Positions 52,086 through 60,827 of a stretch of 64,000 bases of DNA are shown piece after piece; position 1 is the stretch's first letter; each line of letters starts with the position of its first letter. The stretch comes from a virus. The notes under the pieces were generated by a model. It did no database searches and was not told where the DNA came from. It saw nothing but the letters and a program-made list of their open reading frames with translations. The stretch lies in IMG/VR virus record IMGVR_UViG_3300038336_000025, one strand, 5' to 3'. Both the position numbers and the translations under genes were made by a program.

Positions 52086-53633
52086 ATGACAACGGATGTA
52101 ATTACCTCACTGACCGATCTCGATGATTTAGACCTCGATCTTGAAACCGATGGAGTCAGTGAAATCACAGATGCAACAACGCTTGATTCTGTGGCCTCAA
52201 AAACCGATTCTGATGATGACCTGACCTTAGATGACCTTGAGGAAGACACGGTGCAGCCAGCGGCCTCTAATTCGCAGGAAACAGATGAATTGAAACTTGA
52301 CGATGAAACCAGTTCAATTGATGATTTGACACTGGAAGATAACATCGTTGACCCACCGGTTGATACCGCGAAGCCAGAACTCAACAAACCGGTTTTGAAT
52401 CTTGATGAAGAAATCGAACTTGACCTTGATGTAAACGAAGGTATCACAAAGAAGACCGAAGTAACCATAAATGGGAAAACGCCGGGAGAATTTGTTAAAG
52501 ATGCTTTCGATGCGGCGGTAACACCACCGGTTGAAGAAAAGAAGAAGCGTGGTAGAAAGCCAAAAGAAGTTAAGCCAGAAGTTGTTACATCGGCTCCTGT
52601 CGATACTTCAAAATTCATTGATCCTAATTTCCCACTGGCTGTCCTCAATGTTGATAAATACGCCACTCGTTCAACTATTCGTTCTGATGAAGAAGTTACT
52701 GAACTGGCCGAAAAGATTAAGTTGCAAGGCCAAGCCGAACCTATTCATGTTTACATCGCCGATGATGGCGTTGCTTACCTTCTTGCTGGTCTTGGTAGAA
52801 AGATGGCAATTCAGGATAAACTCGGCAGAGAAACCGCTGAAGCTATCGTACATAAAGGCTTAACAGAAGCCGATATCTACAAGATTTGCACAGGAACTAA
52901 TGAACCAAGAACCAAGTTAACCGAATGGGATAAGATTGTTTCCATTGGTAAATACACAGACGCACATCCCGGTGTTTCTATTGATGATGAGAATGATACA
53001 AACTCAGTTGTTCGTGTATTTGGTTATTCAAGAAGTGCGGTTTATCAGTATTTAAAGGCTTGGAATGTGTTGAAAAACAGTTCTGAATTCATTGAATACT
53101 TTAACAGAAACGGCCAGAAAATCGCTGGCTACACTTATCAGATTCTTGCCAATACCATCACAGCACTTGCCGAACACAAATTGTCTGCCGCTGAATGGAT
53201 AGTCATTTTCAATGAGATTTATGCTATTTCCACCAGACAATCATTTGCAACAATGTTGATTGATGCCGCGAATACATATCTTGTTATGAAGAAACCGGCA
53301 TCAGTACTTGCTACAGAGGTTGATGATGGTTTAAGTAAAACTGATGAAAAAATCATCGACAGGGCTGTTAAAGAGACAAAAGAAAATGATACCGTTGAAG
53401 ATATCGACAATACAATGGTTGATAAACTTGAACAGGAAATCGCGGTTGAACAGGACTCCAAAGAAGTCATTGACGGCTGTTATCAAAGTGTGTTATTAAC
53501 ATTAACACAGGCACGTTCAGGCATTGAAAGTTTGATCGCTATTGAGAAATATCAGGAACTTAAAACCCCTGCTGAAATCAAGAAAATCAAAGAAATGATA
53601 ATGATGGTTGCCGAATCTGCTAAAAAACTTTGA
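52086..53633 (+). CDS. ParB/Srx-like domain protein with a long acidic Leu-repeat N-terminus
   Basis: EPIHVY...YLLAGLGRKMA (ParB N-terminal GxxR box); N-terminal 120 aa of D/E-L-x-L-D repeats. Confidence 0.6.
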   Translation: MTTDVITSLTDLDDLDLDLETDGVSEITDATTLDSVASKTDSDDDLTLDDLEEDTVQPAASNSQETDELKLDDETSSIDDLTLEDNIVDPPVDTAKPELNKPVLNLDEEIELDLDVNEGITKKTEVTINGKTPGEFVKDAFDAAVTPPVEEKKKRGRKPKEVKPEVVTSAPVDTSKFIDPNFPLAVLNVDKYATRSTIRSDEEVTELAEKIKLQGQAEPIHVYIADDGVAYLLAGLGRKMAIQDKLGRETAEAIVHKGLTEADIYKICTGTNEPRTKLTEWDKIVSIGKYTDAHPGVSIDDENDTNSVVRVFGYSRSAVYQYLKAWNVLKNSSEFIEYFNRNGQKIAGYTYQILANTITALAEHKLSAAEWIVIFNEIYAISTRQSFATMLIDAANTYLVMKKPASVLATEVDDGLSKTDEKIIDRAVKETKENDTVEDIDNTMVDKLEQEIAVEQDSKEVIDGCYQSVLLTLTQARSGIESLIAIEKYQELKTPAEIKKIKEMIMMVAESAKKL

Positions 53634-53649
53634 GAAATATGGTAATACA

Positions 53650-54150
53650 ATGGATAAACAACCGGTATTCAAATTTCATGTTCTCTCGCTTGGTGCATCA
53701 AACCAGCAGTTAGGTGAGAGTAATAACTATATCAATCGCCCATTTTTACAAATCGACGAGCTTCGTAAAAAGTGGGGAGATGAATATATAGTTCTTAATT
53801 CGCCGCTTGGTGACTTTGATAAACCTAAGACATACCTTGGTTGTATTGATCTTGATAAAAAGAATCGCAAATATTTAAAGCTTTTCAAAGAACTGGACTT
53901 CCCGATTGAGAACCCGGATTACTTTGTTTTGAATATTTGCTTCTCTGGTAGCAAGATTGATAAGGTACAGGACTTCTTTAAACACGACGATGAATCATTT
54001 TCATGCATCCTTTCATCTGCCTACAACAAGGAAGGTGAAGTTTATACAACTGATATGCTTGTCATCTGCAAAGATGGTGATGGAATCGTTGTTGATGGTG
54101 TAATGCACTTCTTTAACAAAGAAATCGGCACGTTTGAAGAAGATAATTAA
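53650..54150 (+). CDS. Hypothetical protein (166 aa)
   Basis: Track TTG start trimmed to ATG 53650. Confidence 0.6.
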   Translation: MDKQPVFKFHVLSLGASNQQLGESNNYINRPFLQIDELRKKWGDEYIVLNSPLGDFDKPKTYLGCIDLDKKNRKYLKLFKELDFPIENPDYFVLNICFSGSKIDKVQDFFKHDDESFSCILSSAYNKEGEVYTTDMLVICKDGDGIVVDGVMHFFNKEIGTFEEDN

Positions 54151-54160
54151 CTGACTTGTT

Positions 54161-54196
54161 AAGAGAGGGAGCCTTAAAAACTCCCTCTCTTTTATA
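54161..54196 (+). terminator. Intrinsic terminator
   Basis: Stem AAGAGAGGGAG/CTCCCTCTCTT followed by TTTAT. Confidence 0.8.
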
Positions 54197-54216
54197 AATT
54201 AAAGGAATAAATTAAC

Positions 54217-54507
54217 ATGTGGTACCCAACAGGCGCAACAACAGAAGCGACTAATTATGTTGGTAATTCGACTTGGGTTGGTGTTGTCCGAATTGATCCA
54301 GTGCCAGAATCGCCCCCAGATTGGCGAAATATAAAGAAGATAGATAAAGAGGCCAAGCGGATTAAAACGATTGAAGGTATCAAGACTTCAAAAAGATTAC
54401 ATTCGAAAACACCAGTGTTTAAAGTGTTTGATAGACGATTTTCTAAACCATACAAGAGGGAACCAAGAATGACACAACAATTTGCCATGAGACAGGTGAT
54501 TCTATGA
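54217..54507 (+). CDS. Hypothetical protein (96 aa)
   Basis: ORF track; AAAGGAA SD. Confidence 0.6.
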   Translation: MWYPTGATTEATNYVGNSTWVGVVRIDPVPESPPDWRNIKKIDKEAKRIKTIEGIKTSKRLHSKTPVFKVFDRRFSKPYKREPRMTQQFAMRQVIL

Positions 54508-55196
54508 TTAAGTTGATGAAAGGTGATTGCCTTGTAAGAATGAAAGAGATTCCAGATAAAAGTGTTGATTGCGTGATAGCAGATCCACCATATATTATGA
54601 CAAAACGTGGCAAAAGTTGTAGCCCAAACTGGATGCCTGATAATATGGGCGAAAATGTTTTTGATGGTGATATCCCGAATTTTTACGATTGGCTTTTTTT
54701 GTGTTATCAAAAATTAAAAAACGATTCACATATTTATATATTCACAAATACCGTTTCATTACAAAGAATTTTGAATGATGCTACCGCCATTGGTTTTAAG
54801 TTACATAACATAATAACAATGATAAAAGATACAAACATGCCAAATCGGTGGTATTTAAAGTGTTGTGAATTAGTTTTATTTATGAGAAAGGGATTGGCAT
54901 ATCCGATCAATGATATGACTTCAAAAGATTGGTTACATGTTGTAATGCCAAAACAAAAAGATGGAAAGTTACATGTAACACAAAAGCCAGTTAAGCCTGT
55001 TAGAATGTTTGTACATAATTCAACACCATTGAATGGTATAATCCTTGACCCATTCATGGGTTCTGGTACTACAGGTATAGCTTGTTTAAATACTGGTAGG
55101 AATTTTATTGGTATTGAAAAAGATGATAACTATTTCTCAATAGCAAAAAATCGTATTTTAACACGTTATAATGAACTTCAAAGAGGCATTAAATGA
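54504..55196 (+). CDS. Beta-class DNA amino-methyltransferase, paralog B (DPPY)
   Basis: MIKLMKGDCLVRMKEIPD..IADPPYI; motif I PFMGSGTTGIACLN; C-terminus IGIEKDDNYFSIAKNRILTRYNEL identical to paralog A. Confidence 0.85.
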   Translation: MIKLMKGDCLVRMKEIPDKSVDCVIADPPYIMTKRGKSCSPNWMPDNMGENVFDGDIPNFYDWLFLCYQKLKNDSHIYIFTNTVSLQRILNDATAIGFKLHNIITMIKDTNMPNRWYLKCCELVLFMRKGLAYPINDMTSKDWLHVVMPKQKDGKLHVTQKPVKPVRMFVHNSTPLNGIILDPFMGSGTTGIACLNTGRNFIGIEKDDNYFSIAKNRILTRYNELQRGIK

Positions 55197-56191
55197 GCGT
55201 TGTCCATGCTATTTTTGAGAAGTTACAAATTGAATACGTCGAACATAAAAACGGTGAAGAACTGAGGTTCAGATGTATCAACCCAAAACACAGCGATTCA
55301 AGCCCTTCTGCTGATATCAACACATTAACAGGTGCTTGGCTTTGCCGTTCATGTGGTTTCAAAGGTAATCTTGAACGCCTTATTAAAGTTGTTTCTGGTG
55401 AAGATGTTGACCTTTCACAATACGTCTCACTTGATGAGGAATTTAGATTCAAGGTACAAAACATCTACAAACAAAGCCTCAAAGGGATTTCCCGCTATGA
55501 TGACATCGTTCAGTTCGATGATACAATGGGAACCGAACTGAAGAATTTTAAACCGGCTATGGAATGTGAGGAAGCTGTTAAATATCTGACCGGTGTAAAG
55601 CGTAAGCTTACAGAAGAAACTATCACAAATCATAAACTCCATTATTCATCTGATGGTGATTATAAAAACAGGGTTATCATTCCATACTTCAAGAATGGAA
55701 AGTTGATCGGATTTAACAGTCGATTTATTTATGATGGTAATAAGAAGTTCAGATACATGTATTTCTTATCTCATTCACAGTTTGAGGACTATGTTTACAA
55801 CTTGGAAAATGTTGTAGATAATGATTATTGTATTCTTGTAGAAGGCCCATTTGATCTTATGATTCTCAGACAACTTGGATATAAAAATGTAATAAGCACA
55901 TTATCAACAAGGGTCAGTGAAAAACATTTACAACATATCATTTCATTTAAGAAGATAATTTTCTGTTTCGATGATGATAAAGAGTCTAAAGCTGGACAGA
56001 AAGCCGTTATAAATGCTTCCAATCTGATTCTGGAAATCTCACCCACGAAACAGCTTTACTACTGCAAATTGCCTGAAGGGAAAGACCCTACAGAGGCCAG
56101 CGAAGATGAGTTGAAATCAGCGTTTAATAAACTGATAAGGATTAAAAAGAAGGAGGTACACACCATAGGGTGGGTTTTAACAAATGATTAA
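55193..56191 (+). CDS. DnaG-type DNA primase (CHC2 zinc finger + TOPRIM)
   Basis: CINPKHSD...CRSCGFKGN; TOPRIM ILVEGPFDLM and FCFDDDKESKAG. Confidence 0.85.
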   Translation: MSVVHAIFEKLQIEYVEHKNGEELRFRCINPKHSDSSPSADINTLTGAWLCRSCGFKGNLERLIKVVSGEDVDLSQYVSLDEEFRFKVQNIYKQSLKGISRYDDIVQFDDTMGTELKNFKPAMECEEAVKYLTGVKRKLTEETITNHKLHYSSDGDYKNRVIIPYFKNGKLIGFNSRFIYDGNKKFRYMYFLSHSQFEDYVYNLENVVDNDYCILVEGPFDLMILRQLGYKNVISTLSTRVSEKHLQHIISFKKIIFCFDDDKESKAGQKAVINASNLILEISPTKQLYYCKLPEGKDPTEASEDELKSAFNKLIRIKKKEVHTIGWVLTND

Positions 56192-57166
56192 ACTATTAAA
56201 AGGCGATTGTCTTGTAAGAATGAAAGAAATCCCAGATAATTCAATTGATTTAATTTTAACAGACCCACCCTATGGTTAGTTAGCACAACTGCATGTAAAT
56301 GGGATTCTATTATTCCACTGGAACCAATGTGGGAGCAGTTGAAGCGCATTATTAAACCGAACGGGGCGATTGTTATGACAGCTTCACAGCCGTTTACAAG
56401 TGCGCTGATAATGAGTAATGCAAAGATGTTTAAATATGAGTGGGTATGGGAGAAAAGCACCGTTACTGGATTCCAAAGAAGCAATTATCAACCACTAAAA
56501 AATACTGAAAATATTTGCGTATTTTACCCAACTGAGTTTATAAATGACATGCGAAGCGGGTCAAAAGAAGGAGAAATCAAGGGGAAGATGAAAAAAGCGT
56601 TTCGCGGTTCTGGATTAACAACAAAAGAACTCAATGCCTTGTGTGGTTTTGAAGCATCTGGGTATTTGAGAACATCGTCGAGTTGGTCGAACGTATTGCC
56701 GAACGGGGAAAAGCGTTTGATTTTAGAAAATGTTTTGAAGATTAAAATAGAAGAAATTACAGAAAAAAAAGAAATTACATTTAACCCACAAGGAATAGTT
56801 CTATGCAACAAAAAAAATAAAAGAGGGAGGGTCGGCGAGAATTGGGCAGAGATGAAGTCAAATGAATATAACCAAGAGTTTACAAATTACCCAAGACATT
56901 TATTATATTTCAAAAGTGAAACTGGTCTACACCCAACTCAAAAACCCGTAGTCCTGATGGAATACCTGATTAAAACTTACACCAACGAAGGCGAGATTGT
57001 GCTAGATTTCACAATGGGTTCTGGTACTACAGGAATAGCTTGTTTAAATACAAAAAGAAATTTCATCGGTATTGAAAAAGATGATAAATATTTCTCAATA
57101 GCGAAAGATCGGATAACAAAACATTACAATGAACTGAAAAAGAAATCTTTGTTTTTAAAAGCGTAA
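56184..57166 (+). pseudogene. DNA methyltransferase paralog C, reading frame broken by an 8-nt insertion right after DPPYG
   Basis: MIKLLKGDCLVRMKEIPDNSIDLILTDPPYG-TAG at 56277; homology to paralog A (TTACKWDSIIPLEPMWEQLK...) resumes at 56285 in another frame. Confidence 0.7.
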
Positions 57167-57197
57167 TATATTTTAATTAGAAAAAGGATAAATAAAC

Positions 57198-57521
57198 ATG
57201 AGCACAACGACTTTTAGACCAATCACGATTTACAACTTGGAAAACCAAAGACCAAATAAGCGACCATTTATAAGAATTGGTGCTGGCCCTGTTTGTATGA
57301 ATGGTATGCGCGGAACTACAAGTGGAACAGCTTTTAACATAAACGAGGCTAGAGAGATAATTGATATTTATGAATCTACAAGGAATCCAAGAATCCGTTT
57401 TGCGGATATGGATGATATTACATTGAGTAAAGAAGATATAGAAGATTTAAAATTCTTTGTTTTCTTTATGAAAAACTTTGAATATAAACCTAACCTTACA
57501 GGGGTGAAGCCCCTGAGTTAA
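57198..57521 (+). CDS. Hypothetical protein (107 aa)
   Basis: ORF track; AAAGGA SD. Confidence 0.6.
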   Translation: MSTTTFRPITIYNLENQRPNKRPFIRIGAGPVCMNGMRGTTSGTAFNINEAREIIDIYESTRNPRIRFADMDDITLSKEDIEDLKFFVFFMKNFEYKPNLTGVKPLS

Positions 57522-57534
57522 AAACAGGGGCTTC
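57506..57534. terminator. GC-rich hairpin at the convergence of the + and - modules
   Basis: GAAGCCCCTG/CAGGGGCTTC; no clean T-run, so only a candidate terminator. Confidence 0.4.
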
Positions 57535-57613
57535 GTGGTGAGAGAGGCACATCAATTTTTTGGAGGCATGATTGTTAAAGGTTAACACAAGCCAAACAAC
57601 ATGTCAACTAAAA

Positions 57614-58021
57614 TTATCTACCAGCAATTAAGGCCGCGCCAACAATGATTGTGAAGAGAATTGTTTTTGCTTTATCTCTGCGTCTTAATTGTTTTAATGA
57701 TCGTTTCGCACTCGTTAATGATTTTGATTGCTCCGTCAACATCTTCTGTTGATTTCCCAATTTCAATAGAAACGTGTTCGATTCGTTCTCGGCTTTTACT
57801 AATTTCAGTTCTGACTGTTGTAATTCCTGCGCTGTGACTTGCAACATCTGCCTGTAACTGTCTAGTTTCTGACGCAAGTTCGTTATTATTTCTTTCAAGC
57901 TTGTCAAGTTCTGACTCAAGCTTGCCACTTGTGCCCCGGTAATAGTATATGATTCCCGCGCAAATAATGGAAATGAGCAGGATAACGACAATAATACCAA
58001 TAATATTATTACTCGTTTCAT
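57614..58021 (-). CDS. Alternative +1 frame ORF (135 aa): signal-like N-terminus with Cys15, coiled coil, C-terminal TM helix
   Basis: ATGA coupling to the upstream gene; overlaps 57672-58021 in another frame; only its last ~19 codons are unique and look coding. Confidence 0.35.
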   Translation of the reverse strand: MKRVIILLVLLSLSCSFPLFARESYTITGAQVASLSQNLTSLKEIITNLRQKLDSYRQMLQVTAQELQQSELKLVKAENESNTFLLKLGNQQKMLTEQSKSLTSAKRSLKQLRRRDKAKTILFTIIVGAALIAGR

Positions 58022-58025
58022 TCAC
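57672..58025 (-). CDS. i-spanin-like protein: N-terminal TM helix + coiled coil (117 aa, GTG start)
   Basis: GTG overlaps the upstream stop (GTGAATGA); purine-rich first codon positions and GAA/ATT/ACA codon use match neighbouring genes. Confidence 0.55.
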   Translation of the reverse strand: MNETSNNIIGIIVVILLISIICAGIIYYYRGTSGKLESELDKLERNNNELASETRQLQADVASHSAGITTVRTEISKSRERIEHVSIEIGKSTEDVDGAIKIINECETIIKTIKTQR

Positions 58026-58293
58026 AGGTAACTCCGGTTTCAACGACAGCAGATGCCGCAGTGGTGTATGAACGAACATTCAACCACTTATCAACAACTC
58101 TCATACTTGAACTTGAGGCGGCAGAAAGGATTGCGAAAAGCTCATAATTGAATTTTTCTGGATTGTAAATAGCAGTCCAAATTGAAATAAAAATGAACAG
58201 ACCATAACCGATGAATGACATCAGCTTTGTGCTACTTACAATCCCATCATTACCAAGAAACATACCAAAAATAGATTTGAAAAAAGCCCTCAT
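58018..58293 (-). CDS. Holin-like small membrane protein (91 aa)
   Basis: Hydrophobic helix LMSFIGYGLFIFISIWTAIY; sits between the amidase and spanin-like genes. Confidence 0.5.
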   Translation of the reverse strand: MRAFFKSIFGMFLGNDGIVSSTKLMSFIGYGLFIFISIWTAIYNPEKFNYELFAILSAASSSSMRVVDKWLNVRSYTTAASAVVETGVTCE

Positions 58294-58296
58294 AAT

Positions 58297-58836
58297 TCAC
58301 TCCTCGAAATTCCAGTTTCGTAACTTCATTATGTTAATCAGATTGCTCAGGTTGTGGCCCGGACAAAGTGTTAATTCATAATCTCTGTGGTTTTTTATAC
58401 ATTTTGGTATATTCAAGTGTTTGTACTTTTCTTTAATATATCTTAACAAAAGGATAAATGATTTCAATGATCGTTTATCAACCTGTTCTACATTATAGTT
58501 TCCATAGAACATAATTGCAATCGTTGTGTTATCATAACTCTTACAATGACAACCAGCAGTTCCTAGAGGACGACCTTCATAAACAGTTCCATCCTGACAA
58601 ATGATAAAATGATATTTTATATCATTTAAACCAAGTTTCTTAATGTGTTTGTTCTGTAAATAAAGGATTGAGTCTGGGCCTTTATAGTATTTAGAAGTGA
58701 TCGTCCTTGGTCTACCAACTTCCATACCATAATGATGAATAACAATTCGTTCAGGAAAGATGTTTATATAAGGAAATTTTGGAGTAATCGCACCCCATTC
58801 TGCACGTTTTATTATTCGAAAAGCAGAGGAAGTCAT
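58297..58836 (-). CDS. N-acetylmuramoyl-L-alanine amidase (PGRP/Amidase_2 type) endolysin
   Basis: IVIHHYG, AGCHC, TLCPGHN motifs. Confidence 0.75.
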   Translation of the reverse strand: MTSSAFRIIKRAEWGAITPKFPYINIFPERIVIHHYGMEVGRPRTITSKYYKGPDSILYLQNKHIKKLGLNDIKYHFIICQDGTVYEGRPLGTAGCHCKSYDNTTIAIMFYGNYNVEQVDKRSLKSFILLLRYIKEKYKHLNIPKCIKNHRDYELTLCPGHNLSNLINIMKLRNWNFEE

Positions 58837-59891
58837 TTTGTAAAGAACCTTTTATAGAAGTCGATTGATCTCTGTAATGATGTTGTTTCTTTTGAGAACT
58901 TATCGTTTTCAAAGATTTCAACATATTTTTCATGTGTGTAATCTGTTAATGGAATAACAGGAATGTCTAGTTCTTCTCCAGCGATTGCCCGTGTATCTAC
59001 ACGAACAAGAACAACTTTACCACCAATTCCATGAATAGGTAAACCAAAATGAAGTCTTGTTGTAACACAATATTCAACGTGTTTATAGTAATCAATTATA
59101 TCCATCGCATTATCGACATGTACTATATGATTACCAAACCATTCTTTGAGATGTGATAGATCGCTTTTCTTAACCTGTGCAAAGTATAAACACGGCTTAC
59201 CTGTTTTTAATTCCAGATATTCCTTTGTCTTTTTAAACTCTTCTACCAATCTATCTCGATCTTCTCTATGTTCAAAGTATGCAGCAGTTAAACAGATGGC
59301 GTTGATTGTATTATCTGTTTTTTCAACTCCACGAAATCTACAAGCAAATGTACCAGAACATGGTAGCAGTGTAGATTCTACATTCTGGCTATCAAGGAAT
59401 GCCTGTGCCATTTTATCGCGAGTTGTAATAAGTTTTGTATGTAATAGACTTTTTTGTAAAACCATTTTTGTCAGTTCTGATTTATTCAAATGATCTGAAA
59501 ATTCTTGTGGTGTCCAAAATTCAGATGGATAACCACCACCACCGGCAAGTCTTAGAATTGGAACGTTCAATTCATTTAGATCGTCCCATATTTCATCGTC
59601 ATAATACAACTTCCAATCGTCAAGATTATTATACTGTGGCATACCACCATAGATAATGAAATCACATGATTTCATGGTGTTTAAATCTTGTTGTGAAAGT
59701 TTTGAAAACCGACTTATCAAATGCCATTCTATGCGTTCTGGCTTCAGTGCTTCGTTTAAAATGTGCTGCAAACCAAACCGGATAAAAACATCACCGATGT
59801 TAATGTGGCCGGTGTAGTCTTGAATTAAATTTGTCAGAATGGCAATTTTCATTCGATGTCTACTCCAATTAGAAATTTGTTTTAAGTTCAC
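58833..59891 (-). CDS. Possible polysaccharide pyruvyl-transferase-like enzyme
   Basis: N-terminal KIAILTN...HINIGDVF pattern and size; weak. Confidence 0.6.
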   Translation of the reverse strand: MNLKQISNWSRHRMKIAILTNLIQDYTGHINIGDVFIRFGLQHILNEALKPERIEWHLISRFSKLSQQDLNTMKSCDFIIYGGMPQYNNLDDWKLYYDDEIWDDLNELNVPILRLAGGGGYPSEFWTPQEFSDHLNKSELTKMVLQKSLLHTKLITTRDKMAQAFLDSQNVESTLLPCSGTFACRFRGVEKTDNTINAICLTAAYFEHREDRDRLVEEFKKTKEYLELKTGKPCLYFAQVKKSDLSHLKEWFGNHIVHVDNAMDIIDYYKHVEYCVTTRLHFGLPIHGIGGKVVLVRVDTRAIAGEELDIPVIPLTDYTHEKYVEIFENDKFSKETTSLQRSIDFYKRFFTK

Positions 59892-60399
59892 CAGTTACAA
59901 ACAAGTGAGCCTCGGATTTACGTCTTCGTACAAGACCAGCAAGAACCTTCCCGCCGCCTTTATTCCATCTAAGGAACTGTGCAGGAACTTCATCATATTT
60001 CCCTTGATTCAAGAGCTTTAATAGTGTAGAAGATGCAAATGCACCAGCACCAACATTGAAAGTGAATGATACAAGTGCATCAAATTGGTTCTGTGAAAGC
60101 GGCACTTTAACATGTTTAGTTACAACATCTTCAAATTTCGCCATATCCTTTTTCAAAAGAGTCTCAGCATCAAAATCACTTATTGTCATACCCTGTGGTG
60201 TTGGTTTACCAAGAGTTGGGCCAGTATGTCCATAACCAATAGTCCACACATTAGCAGGGCACAGATAACCCTTGTTATGCTTTCCTTCAAATGCTTTAAT
60301 AAGCTGTAATCCAACATCGCTGATATGTGGAGGAATTTGCAACCCATGAGATACAGCCGGTTTAACTTCATCAGTGTAACCACATTTAGGACATTTCAT
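59869..60399 (-). CDS. GH24 lysozyme (T4 e / lambda R-like fold) with an N-terminal CxxC mini zinc-ribbon
   Basis: LIKAFEGKHNKGYLCPANVWTIGYGHT; N-terminus MKCPKCGY. Confidence 0.85.
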   Translation of the reverse strand: MKCPKCGYTDEVKPAVSHGLQIPPHISDVGLQLIKAFEGKHNKGYLCPANVWTIGYGHTGPTLGKPTPQGMTISDFDAETLLKKDMAKFEDVVTKHVKVPLSQNQFDALVSFTFNVGAGAFASSTLLKLLNQGKYDEVPAQFLRWNKGGGKVLAGLVRRRKSEAHLFVTGELKTNF

Positions 60400-60551
60400 T
60401 TCTTTACTCCTTTTAACAACATATCAAGAATGATTTCGTCCCAAGCATCGGCTATTTCTTTCGCCTGTTTTGAGAAGTCAAGTCCACGATCTGCGAATAA
60501 TGTATCATCTGTCAACTTTTTTAATTTGACACTTGGTTCAACGTATTCCAT
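60396..60551 (-). CDS. 51-aa hypothetical protein
   Basis: Hand translation MEYVEPSVKLKKLTDDTLFADRGLDFSKQAKEIADAWDEIILDMLLKGVKK; ATGA coupling. Confidence 0.4.
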   Translation of the reverse strand: MEYVEPSVKLKKLTDDTLFADRGLDFSKQAKEIADAWDEIILDMLLKGVKK

Positions 60552-60555
60552 TCAT

Positions 60556-60807
60556 TTAATCCTTGTTATACACAGTGTAACATTGTCCACATTTGAGAAC
60601 ACCATTTCCAAGATCAAACAATTCGACATTTTCACATGTTAGATTACCACAATAACATATTCCGTCTATCTTTAACAACCTTGGGGTTTTTCTTTTTTCT
60701 ATTTGTGGTGGTTCAACGTCCTTATTACTACCAGATTTATAGTCACCATACGCCATTTCTGTCAGATTCTTGTGTTTCTTACGAATCTCATGTGGTCGTT
60801 TTGTCAT
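60556..60807 (-). CDS. Zinc-ribbon protein (83 aa)
   Basis: CYCGNLTC...CGQC. Confidence 0.55.
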   Translation of the reverse strand: MTKRPHEIRKKHKNLTEMAYGDYKSGSNKDVEPPQIEKRKTPRLLKIDGICYCGNLTCENVELFDLGNGVLKCGQCYTVYNKD

Positions 60808-60827
60808 GCAGACGAACCTGCTTTCAA

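Noticed and set aside
52070-52666. Track ORF (198 aa, -) antisense to the ParB-like gene
   Set aside because: The Ser/Thr/Val-rich low-complexity text is the mirror image of the sense-strand acidic GAx/CTx repeats. It has no start context.
56277-56279. In-frame TAG in methyltransferase C as stop-codon recoding or suppression
   Set aside because: Reading through TAG in the same frame gives no homology and soon hits more stops. Homology resumes only in a shifted frame, and no suppressor tRNA was found among the 8 tRNAs.
56188-56484. Track ORF (98 aa, -) over the methyltransferase C 5' region
   Set aside because: It is antisense to sequence with clear homology to paralog A on the + strand.
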